Translations under genes and position numbers: made by a program
NCBI GenBank assembly: GCA_024635455.1
Contig: JAGXIU010000003.1
Coordinates: 67,966 to 131,965, forward strand
From: Candidatus Saccharimonadota bacterium
Lineage (GTDB): Bacteria > Patescibacteriota > Saccharimonadia > Saccharimonadales > SLHW01
DNA: 64,000 nt
Direction: 5' to 3'
Notes under the pieces: generated by a model
The model's input: the letters and a program-made list of their open reading frames with translations, nothing else
What the model was told of the DNA's origin: nothing
The model's database searches: none
In this document: in pieces, positions 26,938-36,122 of the stretch
Position numbering within the stretch: the stretch's first letter is position 1
Layout of the letters: the number at the start of each line of letters is the position of its first letter

Positions 26938-27222
26938 AAACTTATGTAGAAGTGTTTGATTTCTATCGATCGGTACTTTTTTACTGGTTAGCTAAGTACT
27001 CAAAGTAATAAAAAGCAATTGAGCCGACCGCTAAAACTGCACCAAGAAGCGTTGCGACCCAGACCATGTCGCTCTCTTTGACGGTGTACCCGTAGACTTT
27101 CAGGCTTCTGCTATCTCAGTTCAGTAGCGCTTGAAATCACCTTTTATTACGCTCATGAGCAATCTCCTGTTTACGCACATAATATAACACTCGCAACAAT
27201 CACACCCATGTTACTGGCGATG

Positions 27223-27897
27223 TTATGCTGTGTCTCGCTTATCCAGTTTTTTAACTAGTTTTGGCGTTTTATAAAATAGCATCAGCGCCAACACTGCAAG
27301 TATAAATAATGGAAAGTTCTCGCGGAATGAGGTACCGACAAAGATATAAACAAAATGCATATATACGTTCGTCAATAATATCGCCCAAAAGAAGTCACGA
27401 AAGCGCAAGGTATGGATCAGCCCGGACGCATAGCTCATCATCATCATCGGCACAAATGAAAGCCGAAGCACTGATATTATTATAAATCCCCTGTCTTGAG
27501 CGTTTTGTTCAATCTTGTATATCAGCTTTTGCATGTTGTCTGATTGCCTCTTTTTTGCATGAGCTTCCAAACGTGCGTGCACTGTTTCGTGAAAGTAGCG
27601 AGCCACAAAAAATCCAAGCGTTGATGCAATCGTCGCTGCTACTAACGTTATAATCATCGCCTCAGTAAAGGTAAAAAGCACGCCGGCGAGCAAGGTCATT
27701 GCTACTTTCGAAAATCCGAGCATGCCAAATACAATGAATGCAATTCCGTAAATAATAAATCCGATGACACCAAGGTCTTGCACCCATGTGCCAATTGCCT
27801 CTAGGTCAATCACCCCCTCTTGGCGCAGAGTAAAGATAACAAGCCCCAGTAAAATAATAGCGCTTACTATCCACCAAGTTTTTTTGCTGCCGTCCAT
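27223..27897 (-). CDS. TVP38/TMEM64 (DedA-related) family membrane protein
   Basis: 224 aa. Contains ...LLAGVLFTFTEAMIITLVAATIASTLGFFVARYF..., the pattern of that family. Confidence 0.6.
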   Translation of the reverse strand: MDGSKKTWWIVSAIILLGLVIFTLRQEGVIDLEAIGTWVQDLGVIGFIIYGIAFIVFGMLGFSKVAMTLLAGVLFTFTEAMIITLVAATIASTLGFFVARYFHETVHARLEAHAKKRQSDNMQKLIYKIEQNAQDRGFIIISVLRLSFVPMMMMSYASGLIHTLRFRDFFWAILLTNVYMHFVYIFVGTSFRENFPLFILAVLALMLFYKTPKLVKKLDKRDTA

Positions 27898-27952
27898 CTG
27901 TTACTAGTATATCGTACGTTTGCCTGCCGAGCATAATGTTGACGAATTTGTT

Positions 27953-28219
27953 ATGATAGCTTCCGTGAATAAAATTATAATAGATGTTCGAGAACCAGCC
28001 GAATACACAACTAGTCACGTAGATGACGCACTCAACGTTCCTTTGTCCAAGATTATGCACGGTGATACTGCGCTACAAGGGCTCAGCAAAGATAACGAAA
28101 TAATCCTCTACTGCAATAGTGGCAGTCGCTCATCTCTGGCAAAAAACATCTTCGAAAACTTTGGATTCAGTAAGGTAACCAACGGTATCAACCAACAAAG
28201 CGTAGAGCAGCTTAATTAA
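27953..28219 (+). CDS. Single-domain rhodanese (sulfurtransferase)
   Basis: IIIDVREPAEYTTSHVDDALNVPL plus the active-site loop YCNSGSRS. I preferred the in-frame ATG at 27953. Confidence 0.8.
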   Translation: MIASVNKIIIDVREPAEYTTSHVDDALNVPLSKIMHGDTALQGLSKDNEIILYCNSGSRSSLAKNIFENFGFSKVTNGINQQSVEQLN

Positions 28220-28345
28220 ACTTAAAGGTTGCTCACTAAAATCCTGCATTTTCAATAATTGATTGAAATAGACAGGTTTCTGATGCCATAAGAGCGTACG
28301 GTTAGTAATTATACTATAACATACTTATGCTTACAATGCAAGTCG

Positions 28346-31003
28346 TTATCGCAGTGAAGGAAACTTCCGGTTCTTAAACGCCCTAGCCTGCTCAAACAAT
28401 ATATAGAAGTACGGGAAGACTGTTACAACTAGTACGGTGCTCGCTATCAACCCAAATATGACTGTGATAGCTAGTGGCTCCCAGAATGGATCTGCTAATG
28501 CGAGAGGTGTTAGCGCGCCTATGGTTGTGAGTGTAGTTGTGACAATTGGGCGAAAGCGCTGCTGTAGTGCAGTGATAATGGCTTTGTCGATATTTTCTCC
28601 ATCTGCTCGAGCTTGATTTGCATAATCTACTAGCAATATAGCGTTGTTTACGACAATTCCTATCAGCCCAATCAAGCCGACCATAACGAAGAAGCTTAGC
28701 GAATGATCGGCCACGAGGAGCGCTGCAGCCACACCAATCAAGCCAAACGGCACAGTCAGGAGTATAAGCAGCGGCTGAGAGAAGGAGTTGAACTGCATAA
28801 CAAGCAAGAAATACATGAGTATAACAGCAATGACGAGTGCAATCTGGACTGAAGCAAATGACTCTATATTCTCGGACTCTTGACCAAAGTCAAAGGTTAA
28901 TGTGTCAGCTTGCAGTCCACGGCTCTCTAGTTCCTCCGTTGGGAATGCATCCTCAACAGCAGCTTGCGTTGCGGTAACAAGCCCACTTATATCACTAGCC
29001 TGGTAACTTGCTGATACTTGGAAAAAGCGATGACCAGCAGTGCGGCGTACTACTGATTGGTCGGCTTCAAGGCGTACTTCATCTACTTGAATAACTGAGC
29101 CATCTGCTCGAGTAATTTCTTCGGTCCGTAAGAATTGCGTGATATCTTCAGCGAGATTGGTGCTGGCGATAACATCTTCGCTCCGTATTTGTACGGCAAA
29201 CGGAAATGGCTCTGGCGGTGGTCCAGCGTCTAACTGTTGAAGGGTGAATTCTACATCTGTGTTGTTGGTTAGCTGTTCGTCGAGTCTATCTATGTAGGTT
29301 TGTGATGTCGTCGTTCGCTCCGTAAAGGGTCGTAGGGTAATACGGATAACAGCAGACCGTGCATCTGCTTGCGCATAGCTGACGACCTGACCATCGCTGC
29401 CAAGCGTATCACTAACAACACGGTTTACTTTATCAACCTGACGCTCTGCTTGTTTAATATTTGTATTTTCATCAAATCCTGTGCGCAATATTATGGCGTC
29501 AGCATCATTGGACTCTGGAAAGATATTTAAGGGGAGCTGCCCAAGCATAAACATGCCGCCAGCGACCAGCAAAGCGCTGATAGTTACAACTGTACCCAGC
29601 ATGAGACGACGCCCCTTTTTACCCATGTCACTGAGTTTGCGTGGCAGTATGAGTACATAGTTGGATAGTCTGGTCATAGCCCCGCCAAGCAGCGGCTGAG
29701 CTTGCTTCTTAGATCGTAGTAGTATGCCAGAAGCGAAAAACGGGATAAAAACGAATGCGATAAATAACGACGATAGTAACGCTACAATCACCGTCATTGG
29801 TAGTATCCGAATAAACTCACCCAAGATACCAGTAACGAATAATATTGGCATAAAGACCAGTACGGTTGTCATTGTGCCAGCAACGAGCGCGAGACCAACT
29901 CGTTTCACCGCGTCTTTAATGACTTTTTCAGTCGTCTGACGTCGCTGCCGTTTCGCGCTATCGAGTGCTTCGGTGATAACAATAGCGTTATCAACGATAA
30001 GACCAAGAACTAGCACGAGTGCAAACAGTACAATCGTGTTGAGTGAGTTTCCGCTCGCCAGCACGCCAATCAGTGTGGCACTGAGTACCGTCGGGATAAA
30101 GAAAGCGATCATTACAGATGCTCGCCAGCCAATCAAAAGTCCAACCACCGCAATGACAGCAATAAGTCCAGTCACGACGTTGCTCTGTAGTGAGTTTATT
30201 TGTGTACGTATCGATTCAGCAAAGCCAGCTGATATTGCCGCCTGTATGTCACCTGCGTCAGCTTGCCATTCATCGATAGTTGATTGCATTGCTTCATCTA
30301 TCTCGAGGTCGTCTACTTCCCCAGTTGCGACTACACCTATTACGACTGCTTGGGTGGCTTCAATTGCACCGTCTGTGTTTTCGCCGTAGCCGCTAAAGTT
30401 GGTTTGCCGTATCTCTGGTCGTCCAGTTTCGGGGTTAACTGATTCAGTAAATGGATCCTCTACAATAGCTTTGTCTATACGTGCATCATCCTCTAGTTGT
30501 ACTGCCAAGGACTCTGCAGCTTGGTTTAGGTCATAAAGACTGCTCCCGTTGCTACCGTATACTGAAATCAGTGCGTTGTACTCATTATTAAACAGCGTTG
30601 CCGATATCGGTGCCACTTCATACTGCGTAGTTCCCGGGAGGACTTCAGCGATGGACTCAAGCTGTTGCTGAACCTTCTCCGCCCCTTCATCTGAGCTGAT
30701 ATCTTCTGAAAACTCCACAAACAAGCTAAACGAATCATTGCGAGCAATACTCTCTACAAGCAGTACTTCATCAATCGCCTCGATTTCTTCAGTCATTGGC
30801 TGGATTATTTGATTGTCTACTTCATCTGCATCGTCTACGAAATAGACTCCGTTAACGGTTGCAAACGGCACTTCAATTGGCGGGAAGCCTTCTCGATCCA
30901 ACAGTGAGGTGTAGCTCCACGCACCAAACAGAATAATTGCCAATAATATAAGTACTGACGGGCGATACCGCTTTATGGTTAGTGTGCTAAGTTTTTCGAG
31001 CAT
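28346..31003 (-). CDS. RND superfamily efflux permease (AcrB/AcrD/AcrF-like, short 885-aa form)
   Basis: 12-TM, two-loop architecture with duplicated motifs ...IVDNAIVITEA... and ...IVVNNAILLVDYANQ... Confidence 0.85.
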   Translation of the reverse strand: MLEKLSTLTIKRYRPSVLILLAIILFGAWSYTSLLDREGFPPIEVPFATVNGVYFVDDADEVDNQIIQPMTEEIEAIDEVLLVESIARNDSFSLFVEFSEDISSDEGAEKVQQQLESIAEVLPGTTQYEVAPISATLFNNEYNALISVYGSNGSSLYDLNQAAESLAVQLEDDARIDKAIVEDPFTESVNPETGRPEIRQTNFSGYGENTDGAIEATQAVVIGVVATGEVDDLEIDEAMQSTIDEWQADAGDIQAAISAGFAESIRTQINSLQSNVVTGLIAVIAVVGLLIGWRASVMIAFFIPTVLSATLIGVLASGNSLNTIVLFALVLVLGLIVDNAIVITEALDSAKRQRRQTTEKVIKDAVKRVGLALVAGTMTTVLVFMPILFVTGILGEFIRILPMTVIVALLSSLFIAFVFIPFFASGILLRSKKQAQPLLGGAMTRLSNYVLILPRKLSDMGKKGRRLMLGTVVTISALLVAGGMFMLGQLPLNIFPESNDADAIILRTGFDENTNIKQAERQVDKVNRVVSDTLGSDGQVVSYAQADARSAVIRITLRPFTERTTTSQTYIDRLDEQLTNNTDVEFTLQQLDAGPPPEPFPFAVQIRSEDVIASTNLAEDITQFLRTEEITRADGSVIQVDEVRLEADQSVVRRTAGHRFFQVSASYQASDISGLVTATQAAVEDAFPTEELESRGLQADTLTFDFGQESENIESFASVQIALVIAVILMYFLLVMQFNSFSQPLLILLTVPFGLIGVAAALLVADHSLSFFVMVGLIGLIGIVVNNAILLVDYANQARADGENIDKAIITALQQRFRPIVTTTLTTIGALTPLALADPFWEPLAITVIFGLIASTVLVVTVFPYFYILFEQARAFKNRKFPSLR

Positions 31004-31079
31004 TCCAGATAGATTATATAGAAAGCTCTTTACCGCTGCAATATTAAGGAATACTCATAACTGGTATATACTTACTGCT

Positions 31080-31568
31080 ATGAAGAATGTGAAAAAAGAG
31101 TATCTGCAGAGTGCAATGTTTGGCTTTAATGATGCGCTGGTTTCGACAACTGGCGTCATCGTCGGTGTGAGCACTGGAACCAGTAATAAAGACGTCGTAA
31201 TTCTCGCTGGCGTTGTAACGATTCTAGTCGAGGCATTATCTATGGGTTCTGGTCAGTACCTCAGCTCAAAGTCGGCTCATCAGTTTGATAAAAGCGACTC
31301 ACTACGTGAGCCAATTATTAGCGGCGTTGTGATGTTTTGGTCATATTTCATCGCCGGACTGGTTCCGTTACTCGCTATCATACTATTCCCAATGAGTTAT
31401 GCTCGAAACGTTGCGATTGTTGCAGCATTAGTCTGTCTGCTGGTGCTCGGCTACGTCAAGGGTCGGATCGTTAAGGTCTCTCCACTAAAGAGCGCTATTG
31501 AGGTGTTTATTATTGGTGGTATCGCTACGGTGGTGGGCGTTGTGGCCGGCAGTATATTCGCCGTATAA
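31080..31568 (+). CDS. VIT1/CCC1 family (iron/manganese transporter-like) membrane protein
   Basis: FGFNDALVSTTGVIVGVS...LSMGSGQYLSSKS pattern. ATG at 31080 (the ORF-track start at 30975 overlaps the RND gene). Confidence 0.75.
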   Translation: MKNVKKEYLQSAMFGFNDALVSTTGVIVGVSTGTSNKDVVILAGVVTILVEALSMGSGQYLSSKSAHQFDKSDSLREPIISGVVMFWSYFIAGLVPLLAIILFPMSYARNVAIVAALVCLLVLGYVKGRIVKVSPLKSAIEVFIIGGIATVVGVVAGSIFAV

Positions 31569-31849
31569 TGCACCGCATCAAGCAGCATATATTAGCCATA
31601 TTCAAGGATAGTCATGACAATGTCGTTATCGGTCAGCGACCAAACGTGTTGCTGTTTTTGTGGGCTATATTAGTCGCCATACGATTTTTCGTACCTGGAC
31701 CAGGTACCTTTCATGAAGTTCTCTCTTGGGCTACATTATTCGTCGGTCTTGCCTGGTCTGCGTCGGAGCTTTTTTGGGGAGTAAACACCTTCCGGCGTCT
31801 GCTTGGCGGTTTAATCATGACCATATTGCTAAGCCGGTTTTTTATTTGA
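31568..31849 (+). CDS. Small 2-3 TM membrane protein (hypothetical)
   Basis: 93 aa. TAATG overlap with the VIT1 gene stop. Confidence 0.5.
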   Translation: MHRIKQHILAIFKDSHDNVVIGQRPNVLLFLWAILVAIRFFVPGPGTFHEVLSWATLFVGLAWSASELFWGVNTFRRLLGGLIMTILLSRFFI

Positions 31850-32133
31850 TACTAGTACGCCTTCTATGGTAAACACATTTTGGCTATAAAATCGTTATCA
31901 ACTAAATATATAGCTACCTATTTTCCTTATAGTTAAATATAAAAATCACTCGTTCAATAGTAAGAGGTTCATTTTTTCCTCAGTACGTACGACCTACTTA
32001 TTACTAAAGGCTTAAAAGTAGCAAAACCACACACGCGGCTAAATAACATTATTGCTTTTTTTCAACCAGCCATTAAGTTCTCCGGAGATTGACGAGAACA
32101 TCGGACTTTTATAGATGTCGATCTGCACTAAGA

Positions 32134-32161
32134 TTGACTTAACGTCTTATTATTGTATAAT
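32134..32161 (+). promoter_or_regulatory. Near-consensus sigma70-type promoter (TTGACT-16 nt-TATAAT) directly upstream of ORF 32173
   Basis: -35 at 32134..32139 and -10 at 32156..32161. The ATG lies only 11 nt after the -10, implying a leaderless or very short-leader mRNA. Confidence 0.45.
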
Positions 32162-32172
32162 CATATAATTAC

Positions 32173-32700
32173 ATGATTGAACGTATAACAGAAATACCAG
32201 CGCAATGTAGTGACTGCCCTGTCGCCTGCGAGATTCAGCAAAATATAGAACAAGCAGAGTATGAGCACGATGCTGAAATTAAGCGAGCAGCTACTTTCTT
32301 AGATGACAAAACTGCCTTATCGGAAGCTATCGAATCAAGACAAACAATAAGCGATATCCTAACAAGAATCTCTGGGTTGCCAGAAGATTTATTAAATCAA
32401 GTGGTAGCTTATCAGAAGGATGATAATGAGGCAGTCCGAGAATTGCGACTTACTACAGATCAGAACATTGAACTCATGGATCAAGAAATTGACGATGCGT
32501 ATCAAGACCTCGATTCGTTGTTGCAATTATGCCAAATTGGTCAAATTGCGCTTACTGGTGAGCATGCAGGTAGAATCTATAAAGCTACATTATGTGGCGC
32601 ACAGGTTCAGCAGCATGAGGATACAAGACTCGGTGTTAATCCTGCGGCAGAGGAACACGCCGAAGTACACTATACGGTAGATAAGCCCTCGACAAGCTAA
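32173..32700 (+). CDS. Acidic helical protein with an N-terminal CxxCxxxC (hypothetical)
   Basis: 175 aa with CSDCPVAC near the N-terminus. No domain recognised. Confidence 0.6.
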   Translation: MIERITEIPAQCSDCPVACEIQQNIEQAEYEHDAEIKRAATFLDDKTALSEAIESRQTISDILTRISGLPEDLLNQVVAYQKDDNEAVRELRLTTDQNIELMDQEIDDAYQDLDSLLQLCQIGQIALTGEHAGRIYKATLCGAQVQQHEDTRLGVNPAAEEHAEVHYTVDKPSTS

Positions 32701-32910
32701 AAGGCGTTGGCATTCCCCTTCTATATCTAAGAACCGAAAGACGCAACCTTTTGGCAGTGATTCGCTCAGGTGCTGAGGCGGCCCATTGGTGCTCCAGCCC
32801 TGGCTAAAGTCACGTAGACGCATTTTTTATTTCAGGTCATTAAGTATTAAAGAATACTTCAGATTTTTGAGCGATAGAATTAATAATTATTTGCTATACT
32901 TTTAGGTAAT

Positions 32911-33552
32911 ATGAGCGAGTTTAAGATGTTTGTCGGGCCGATGGCTAGCGGGAAGAGTCGGGCGCTACTTCAAGAAATCGAGGCCTATGAGGCTCGCGGA
33001 TGTAATGTCGTTGGAGTTAAGCCTTTAGTTGAGCGACGTGATGCTGGTATTGTGTCACGCAGCGGGCTGCGGCGAGAGGCAATTTCATTGCAGAGGCTTG
33101 GTGAAATGGCTCTAGATCCAGTCAGATCAGCTATTGAACAGGCAGACGTTGTGGCAGTTGATGAAATATTTATGTTTAATGAGGATATAGACGATACGTA
33201 TAAAACAGCTGAATCATTGTTGCGAGCGCGCAAGACACTTGTCGTCGCGTCACTTGATTTATCCGGCATGGGAAAGCAGATGAGCGTTGTGTCAGCACTC
33301 TTGGGGCTCGGACCGACAACTGTTACATGCACAGAGGCGATTTGCGACACACCGCACGAGAGTGATACACCGGCAACGCATACCAGAATTTATGATACCA
33401 ATACCAAGGCTTCGATTCGAGATGGCCTACCGGAGCTTGTACCCCAGGATCCAGCAAACCCAACGTACGGTTATAGTCCAGTATGTCGTGATTGTTTCTT
33501 TGAATGGCCAGAACAACAAGCAGTTCCTGCGTCGTATCAGCAAACCGCTTAG
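32911..33552 (+). CDS. tdk: Thymidine kinase
   Basis: P-loop GPMASGKS, VAVDEIFMF, and C-terminal Zn-type Cys pairs (CTEAIC...CRDC). Confidence 0.85.
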   Translation: MSEFKMFVGPMASGKSRALLQEIEAYEARGCNVVGVKPLVERRDAGIVSRSGLRREAISLQRLGEMALDPVRSAIEQADVVAVDEIFMFNEDIDDTYKTAESLLRARKTLVVASLDLSGMGKQMSVVSALLGLGPTTVTCTEAICDTPHESDTPATHTRIYDTNTKASIRDGLPELVPQDPANPTYGYSPVCRDCFFEWPEQQAVPASYQQTA

Positions 33553-33601
33553 AAATCGATCCGTGAGATACTTGACGTGTTAAGTATCTATTGATGAGCT
33601 G

Positions 33602-33997
33602 TTAACTAGAGCTAAGGACTAAGAAGTAGTAGCCTGCCCCACCAGCTATGCCGAGTAGGAATACAATAAGCAGTGCCAACAGGAGCTTGCGGTGGTTTGG
33701 CTGTTGCTTCTGTTTGGCTGCTTTTTGCATTTGTGAGTTACTGAGATACTCCTGATTCGCCTTTTTTTGTTCTTCTTGCATCTGAGGTCCTATAACGAGG
33801 ACTTGGTTTTTGTCATCGTTACTATCTTTGTTTTGCTGCCCCATAATAACGGTTTGCCGTACAACGCCTGGAACGGTGTAGTCGGTAGTGTCTTCTTCTG
33901 TCTGGTCGTCTCGAGCTGGTGCAGAACCGCCAATGCTAAAATACGGTTTTTTAGATTCGTCGTTTTGCCCTACTTCGTTTTTGTTATCGGGGCTCAT
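33602..33997 (-). CDS. Tail-anchored Q/K/D-rich protein (hypothetical)
   Basis: 131 aa. Low-complexity N-terminal part and a C-terminal TM (LLLALLIVFLLGIAGGAGYYFLVL). Confidence 0.55.
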   Translation of the reverse strand: MSPDNKNEVGQNDESKKPYFSIGGSAPARDDQTEEDTTDYTVPGVVRQTVIMGQQNKDSNDDKNQVLVIGPQMQEEQKKANQEYLSNSQMQKAAKQKQQPNHRKLLLALLIVFLLGIAGGAGYYFLVLSSS

Positions 33998-34006
33998 TAG
34001 CGCAAC

Positions 34007-34681
34007 CTACTTACGTTGACTATTCTTTTTACTGACAAGATATGAGGATATGAAGGCTATGAATAGGCCAAAAATAATTGCGCCAGAGAACATAGAAATT
34101 ATTCCAACCGCCCTACCGGCAGATGTCATAGGGTAGACTTCTCCTATACCGGTGTTTGTCATTGTCTCTGCCATAAACCAGAACCCGTCATAAAAGTTAC
34201 TTACGTGTGGGTTTACGATATGTTCGAAGTAATAAAAGGCTGTCGATCCAAGTGCTAATACGATTGCAAATACTGAGGCGATCCACACCATGTGAGTTTC
34301 CTTCAAGATGCGGTTGAGAGATTTCGAGAATAAGCTAAAACGAGCTACTACACTGCTGAATTGCATAATTCTATACAATCGGATAAGCATAAGGCCACGC
34401 AACGCTTGCGTGCCGCTTGCGGTAACTGGCAATGCAGCAAGTATGTGCCACCAGTTGTTTTTGAGGAAATGCTTCCTGGTTCTAGCTTGGTACAATCGCA
34501 CGAAAAACTCGAGCCCAAAAACAAACGCAGTTCCAAGGTCGATTACTCTGATTAATGACAGTGTTTCCGGCGTTAAGTCTGCAGTAATCTCAAACACCAA
34601 TAGCCCAACGCTAACTAGTGCGAGCCCTATCAGGAGTGAGTCATTTATTATTCTTAAGCTATTTGTTTTCATTGACTCCAT
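34007..34681 (-). CDS. 6-TM voltage-gated-type cation channel (ion_trans family) with a non-canonical pore signature
   Basis: 224 aa. S4-like segment ALRGLMLIRLYRIMQF and P-loop FWFMAETMTNTGIGEVYP (TGIGE instead of TVGYGD). Confidence 0.7.
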   Translation of the reverse strand: MESMKTNSLRIINDSLLIGLALVSVGLLVFEITADLTPETLSLIRVIDLGTAFVFGLEFFVRLYQARTRKHFLKNNWWHILAALPVTASGTQALRGLMLIRLYRIMQFSSVVARFSLFSKSLNRILKETHMVWIASVFAIVLALGSTAFYYFEHIVNPHVSNFYDGFWFMAETMTNTGIGEVYPMTSAGRAVGIISMFSGAIIFGLFIAFISSYLVSKKNSQRK

Positions 34682-34735
34682 AATACATGATTTATGATGG
34701 TCTCAAATAGTTATCAAGCTTGATATAATGACACT

Positions 34736-35065
34736 ATGTACAATATATCGAGAAGCCAAGCCCAGAAGCATGCGCAAGATGAGCGAAACAACGCCAAACG
34801 TTTTCGTGATGAGGTCAACAAAAAACAAAAAGAAATCAAGAAGCTACAAGAGGAGATACAGGCCGAACAGAAAAAATCAAATTTTCTACGGGTTGGTGGA
34901 CTTGCCGGGTCCATACTTGGCGCAGGGCCGAGGGGCCACGCCGATAAACTTGAGCAAAAGATCAGCATGCTTGAGGGGGAGATGCATCACTCTCTTGAGC
35001 AGGCCAAGGTTGCCGATTCAGAAGCATATAAATGGGACGAAAAAGCCAAATTTGCAGATGAATAA
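34736..35065 (+). CDS. K/E-rich coiled-coil protein (hypothetical)
   Basis: 109 aa. I chose it over two overlapping alternative-frame ORFs because its sequence reads as a plausible heptad-rich protein. Confidence 0.5.
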   Translation: MYNISRSQAQKHAQDERNNAKRFRDEVNKKQKEIKKLQEEIQAEQKKSNFLRVGGLAGSILGAGPRGHADKLEQKISMLEGEMHHSLEQAKVADSEAYKWDEKAKFADE

Positions 35066-35157
35066 TCTGATATTTCTTGAATTAGCTTTTTCAGCAGAGA
35101 TACATCTACCAGTTTAACCAAGCCTGCTTTTGTGCAAATTATCAAACTCGAGAACTT

Positions 35158-35760
35158 CTAGAAGATTATGTCAGTGTTAGGAAGTGAGGCCTTGAGGTTC
35201 GTAATAGCTTCTCGGGTTAGTGGGTTTCCGGAAAGGTCAAATGTCTTCAGATTATTCTTTAAATTGGCGAGTTCGTTTGGCAATCCAGTTATGTTGTTAT
35301 TGCTGTAGTCCAGGCTTTCAAGCTTATTAAGCTGACCAATCTCTGCTGGCATACCTGTCATATTGTTGTCGCTTACATCAAGAACTACGAGAGGCATCTT
35401 TCGCACTTCTGCTATCAACGATCCCTCTAGTGAATTGTGGTCAAGTTTTAACACCTCAACCTTCGTCATTTCACCCATCTGAGATGGCAATGTTCGAAGA
35501 TTATTATTCGATAGTATTAACTGAGTCGTACCAGTTTTGTTATATATACTAGAGTCAACCTCAGTAAGCCCGCTGTTGCTCAAATTCAGTACACTGGCAG
35601 TACTAAGTTTAGAGTTTATCTCTGTAGCTACAGATATGTCATCGTTGCTGTTCGTCACTTCGTCACCCTCAGAGCTGTCTGAGGTACTGCTGTCGTAAAC
35701 TACCCAGCCACCAAGCCCAAGTAATGCTACCGTTAGAATTATTATAATTACATTTTTCAT
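35158..35760 (-). CDS. Secreted/membrane-anchored leucine-rich repeat (LRR) protein
   Basis: 200 aa. N-terminal signal/anchor, then about 6 LRRs (LxLSNNNLRTLP, LDHNSLEG, LDVSDNNMTGMP, LDYSNNNITGLP, FDLSGNPLT). SD GGGGGA. Confidence 0.8.
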   Translation of the reverse strand: MKNVIIIILTVALLGLGGWVVYDSSTSDSSEGDEVTNSNDDISVATEINSKLSTASVLNLSNSGLTEVDSSIYNKTGTTQLILSNNNLRTLPSQMGEMTKVEVLKLDHNSLEGSLIAEVRKMPLVVLDVSDNNMTGMPAEIGQLNKLESLDYSNNNITGLPNELANLKNNLKTFDLSGNPLTREAITNLKASLPNTDIIF

Positions 35761-35931
35761 AGTTCCCCCGTTACTTTAATTAGTGTCTCCCTGTTCCTGC
35801 CTCCATTTTAGTTAAATGAGTGTAGTAATCTGGAATTTCCTAATGCCTTAATTCTATCACCAACGACCTCGGCTGGGAGCATCCGTTACGAACGAAATCA
35901 TTTCGGTTCGAGGCTGACATCGAGATGTCAC

Positions 35932-35964
35932 AAAAGAAAAACGACCAGGCATAATACCTGATCG
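35932..35964 (-). terminator. Intrinsic terminator following the orphan tRNA-3'-end copy
   Basis: Minus strand: CGATCAGG-TATTATG-CCTGGTCG, followed by TTTTTCTTTTG. Confidence 0.6.
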
Positions 35965-36090
35965 CTTTTCTATGGCTCCCGGGGCCGGGGCTGCCTTCGG
36001 CACGTTGCGTCGCTTTCTCGTAACAAGCTTCTGCAATAGCTCCTTACGAACGAACCTACGGTTCGAGGTTTCGATTCTCGGAACGACAAG

Positions 36091-36115
36091 AAAAAAGAGC
36101 CTCAGACGAGACTCT
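36091..36115 (-). terminator. Intrinsic terminator of tRNA-Asn
   Basis: Minus strand: AGAGTCTC-GTCT-GAGGCTCT, followed by TTTTT. It starts 8 nt after the encoded CCA. Confidence 0.7.
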
Positions 36116-36122
36116 TCTTTCT

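Noticed and set aside
26981-27156. Possible decayed small tail-anchored gene: strong AGGAG SD + ATG giving MSVIKGDFKRY*, followed out of frame by ...KVYGYTVKESDMVWVATLLGAVLAVGSIAFYYFEYLANQ*
   Set aside because: Joining the two pieces needs at least two mutations, because all three frames are closed between 27100 and 27123. With no homology evidence I cannot support a pseudogene call.
28246-28262. Inverted repeat TTCAAT-N5-ATTGAA between the convergent rhodanese and RND genes
   Set aside because: It has short AT-rich arms, no U-tract and no supporting context, so it is too weak to call a terminator or operator.
29973-30389. 138-aa ORF antisense to the RND gene; similar antisense ORFs at 7382..7816, 16943..17350, 17434..18108 and 23227..24042
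   Set aside because: All are contained within well-supported genes on the other strand and have Ser/Thr/Ala/Pro-rich shadow compositions.
34714-35117. Three mutually overlapping ORFs (34728..35117 +, 34736..35065 +, 34714..34968 -)
   Set aside because: Only one can reasonably be coding. The K/E-rich coiled-coil frame (34736..35065) was kept. The others are by-products of the purine-rich repeat composition.
35973-36050. Possible second tRNA gene upstream of the orphan CCGGCCCCGGGAGCCA copy
   Set aside because: There is no complementary 5' acceptor strand (TCCCGGG), no anticodon stem can be formed, and the T-arm is replaced by a GCC-GAA-GGC mini-hairpin. It is treated as a fragment or scar, not a tRNA.
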